Shown piece after piece: positions 61,797-64,000 of a DNA stretch of 64,000 nt. Position 1 is the stretch's first letter. Each line of letters starts with the position of its first letter. Origin of the DNA: Gemmatimonadota bacterium (GTDB lineage: Bacteria > Gemmatimonadota > Gemmatimonadetes > Palauibacterales > Palauibacteraceae); the NCBI GenBank assembly GCA_963666735.1, contig OY762926.1, positions 3,712,001 to 3,776,000 on the forward strand, read 5' to 3'. The notes below the pieces were generated by a model, which was not told where the DNA came from, did no database searches, and saw nothing but the letters and a program-made list of their open reading frames with translations. A program made the translations under genes and the position numbers.

Positions 61797-62435
61797 CTAG
61801 CGCAGCGCGTCGGCCGGGAGTTCGGGGCAGGGGGCGGCTTCCACGGGCCCGGAGGCGGGAACGTCCCCCCTTCCGAGCGCGAGGAAATTCCCGAGCAGGC
61901 GGCGTCCCCCCGCCGTGAGTACGGCTTCCGGATGGAACTGTACGCCCCACACGGGCCACGACACGTGTTCGAGGGCCATCACTTCGCCCTTTTCCGTCCG
62001 GGCCGTGACGCGGATGTCGGTCCCCGGCTCGCCGGGATCCACGACCAGCGAATGGTAGCGGGTGACCTCGAGCGGCGAGGGGAGGCCCGCGAAGAGCCCG
62101 CGTCCCTCGTGCCGGATCGCCGACAGGCGGCCGTGCATCGGGCGCGCGGCCCGAACGACGCGTCCGCCGCTCGCCGCGGCGATACACTGGTGGCCGAGAC
62201 AGACGCCGAGAATCGGGATCTCCGCGCCCACGGCCCGGATCACCCCGATGGAGGCGCCGGCTTCGGCGGGCGTGCAGGGACCGGGCGAGATGACGATGTG
62301 CGAGAAGCCTTCGTCCCCCAGGGTCCCCGGATCGACGTCATCGTTGCGCCGCACGCGCACGGTCTCCCCAAGTTCCTCGAGATACCGGGCGAGGTTGAAG
62401 GCGAACGAATCGTAGTTGTCGACGAGGAGGATCAT
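61797..62435 (-). CDS. Anthranilate/aminodeoxychorismate synthase component II (glutamine amidotransferase, TrpG/PabA)
   Basis: MILLVDNYDSF, ISPGPC, GVCLGHQ, TRYHSL, GVQFHPE. Confidence 0.95.
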   Translation of the reverse strand: MILLVDNYDSFAFNLARYLEELGETVRVRRNDDVDPGTLGDEGFSHIVISPGPCTPAEAGASIGVIRAVGAEIPILGVCLGHQCIAAASGGRVVRAARPMHGRLSAIRHEGRGLFAGLPSPLEVTRYHSLVVDPGEPGTDIRVTARTEKGEVMALEHVSWPVWGVQFHPEAVLTAGGRRLLGNFLALGRGDVPASGPVEAAPCPELPADALR

Positions 62436-63048
62436 GGCAGGCGCAGGATATGTCTCCCCAGACGTTCGGTCGAGGCTCTTCGCGGCCGTCCTCCTTCCCT
62501 CCGCGATCCGCGCGGACCTCGCTCGCGCGACCGGGCGCCTGCGGGCGCTGGAGGGCGTGCGGCCGGTGCGCGCGGAGCAACTGCACCTCACGCTGCGTTT
62601 CATCGGGGAGGTCGACCGCGACCTGGAGACGCCGCTCGCGCGCGAGATCGCCGCCGCCGTGGCGGAGTTGCCGCGCTTCCCGATCCGGCTGCGCGCGGCC
62701 GGCGTCTTTCCCTCCCACCGGCGCGCGCGCGTCCTGTGGGCCGGCGTCGAGGAGGCCCCCGCCCTCGCCACGCTGCAGCGATCCGTGGAGGAGGCCGTGG
62801 TCCGCGTCGGCGTGGCCCCCGACCCGCGTCCGTTCCGCCCGCACGTGACGGTGGGACGAATCCGTCGCCCCCCGCCGCCCGTAGGTCTGGCGGGCGCCGT
62901 CGCGGGCGTCCGCTTCGAGGCCACGGTGGATGTCCGGCGCGTGTCGCTGATGCGGAGCGAACTTCTCTCCCGCGGGGCGCGGCACACCGAAGTCGCCGCC
63001 GGCCGGCTGGCGGGCGGCGCCGATGACGCCCGCCGCGCACGGCACTAG
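62434..63048 (+). CDS. thpR: RNA 2',3'-cyclic phosphodiesterase (2H phosphoesterase)
   Basis: RLFAAV, HLTLRFIGEV and PFRPHVTVGR HxT motifs. Confidence 0.92.
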   Translation: MAGAGYVSPDVRSRLFAAVLLPSAIRADLARATGRLRALEGVRPVRAEQLHLTLRFIGEVDRDLETPLAREIAAAVAELPRFPIRLRAAGVFPSHRRARVLWAGVEEAPALATLQRSVEEAVVRVGVAPDPRPFRPHVTVGRIRRPPPPVGLAGAVAGVRFEATVDVRRVSLMRSELLSRGARHTEVAAGRLAGGADDARRARH

Positions 63049-63087
63049 CTTCTGCTCTTTCCCCGATTCCGGTCGGAGGCGGTCGAC

Positions 63088-63735
63088 ATGGGTATCTTCC
63101 GAAGGCTTTTCACAGGTCTGGGCTTTCTCACCTTCCTTCTGATTCTGCTGCTCGCCGGCTGGATCTTCCGGGAAGACATCGAGGCGTGGCTCGCGAACGT
63201 GGGCGCGGACGAAATCGTCGTCGTCGAGACCACGCCCGAATTCGGCCCCGAAGCCGCGGCGGACGTGGACGCAGCTCTCGAGGAGTTGGCGGCCGGCGGC
63301 GGGGCGGCCGAGACGCGGTTCACCGAGACGGAACTCCAGAGCTACGTTCGCTACGAGTTGACCCCCCGACTGCCGGCCGGCGTCGGAGAGCCCGCCGTCG
63401 AACTGCGCGACTCGACCGTCGCTTTTTCCGTCATGCTCGACTTCGCGCGGCTCCCGATCGACGCGGACCAGGCGGCGAGCCTGGCGAGGCTGCTCGGGGA
63501 TTCCGCCCGGGTCGCCGGAGAGGTCCTCCCGCAGGTGGGGGAGAGCGGCGAGGGACGCCTCCACCTCGTGAGCATCCAGGCGGGCGTCATCCCGGTGCCC
63601 CCGTTGATGCTGGGCATGGCCGCGCAGCAACTGGGGTTGCGTGCGGACGGACGAACCGTGCTCTTCGACATCCCCGAGGCCATCGTCGACGTCCGGGTGG
63701 AAAACGAGGAGATCGTCCTCCTCGTGAATCGCTGA
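63088..63735 (+). CDS. Hypothetical membrane-anchored protein
   Basis: GGAGG RBS, N-terminal TM, protein-like composition. Confidence 0.7.
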   Translation: MGIFRRLFTGLGFLTFLLILLLAGWIFREDIEAWLANVGADEIVVVETTPEFGPEAAADVDAALEELAAGGGAAETRFTETELQSYVRYELTPRLPAGVGEPAVELRDSTVAFSVMLDFARLPIDADQAASLARLLGDSARVAGEVLPQVGESGEGRLHLVSIQAGVIPVPPLMLGMAAQQLGLRADGRTVLFDIPEAIVDVRVENEEIVLLVNR

Positions 63736-63760
63736 ATGAATCGCTGAATGAATCACTGAA
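63726..63760. repeat. 12-bp tandem repeat (TGAATCGCTGAA) x3 spanning a stop codon
   Basis: gtgaatcgctgaatgaatcgctgaatgaatcactgaac seen directly. Confidence 0.85.
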
Positions 63761-63778
63761 CACGGAGTCTCTCCGGCA

Positions 63779-64000
63779 ATGGCTGAGAAGTTCCTCAACT
63801 ACATCGCGGGCGAGTGGACCGAGCCCGCCACCGGCGAATACATCGAGAACCGAAACCCGGCGCGCACGCCGGACCTCATCGGTCTCTTCCCGGACACCGG
63901 CGCGGCGGAACTGGACGCCGCCGCGGCCTCCGCGCAGCGCGGCTTCGAGGAGTGGTCCCGGACCCCGGCCCCCGAGCGGGGCCTGGTGCTGAAGAAAGCG
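63779..64000 (+). CDS. Aldehyde dehydrogenase family protein (partial, runs off window)
   Basis: MAEKFLNYIAGEW....YIENRNPA..LIG.F...AAAASAQRGFEEWSRTPAPERG (translated by hand; not in the ORF track). Confidence 0.88.
   Translation, partial: MAEKFLNYIAGEWTEPATGEYIENRNPARTPDLIGLFPDTGAAELDAAAASAQRGFEEWSRTPAPERGLVLKKA

Overview
A high-GC (roughly 70% by eye) bacterial chromosome segment. Gene content and protein style suggest Gemmatimonadota (inference only). It is mostly housekeeping DNA: an unbroken ~41 kb run of + strand genes from 5.7 to 47.1 kb (dtd, recA-recX-alaS, cca, rarA, hflX, pdxJ, ispE, tRNA-Gln, prs-rplY-pth, hppA, rpsF-rpsR-rplI-rsfS, smc, aroF, SRP RNA, dnaX-ybaB-recR, pgsA, grpE-dnaJ). 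This is followed by mnmA/iscS, bshB1 and a YknWXYZ/MacAB-like export operon with four permease genes, three of them recent tandem copies. The most interesting unexplained DNA is the ~1 kb intergenic region at 4.7-5.7 kb. It holds two near-consensus sigma70 promoters ahead of a ~300 nt, heavily base-paired sequence with GNRA/UUCG tetraloops (candidate uncharacterised ncRNA), followed by an AT-rich cluster of DnaA-box-like 9-mers (candidate oriC). A second compact structured element with alternative pairings lies between a frameshifted small gene and tRNA-Gln. Other oddities: a truncated Druantia DruA-like fragment, three genes whose conserved N-termini can only start at ACG or CTG, two divergent gene pairs whose ATGs overlap in one CATG, an apparently inactive MinD/ParA-fold-TM-SPOR protein just upstream of smc, and many 9-18 bp tandem micro-duplications at gene junctions. 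I saw no CRISPR array, transposase, integrase or rRNA. All calls are by eye, with no database searches.
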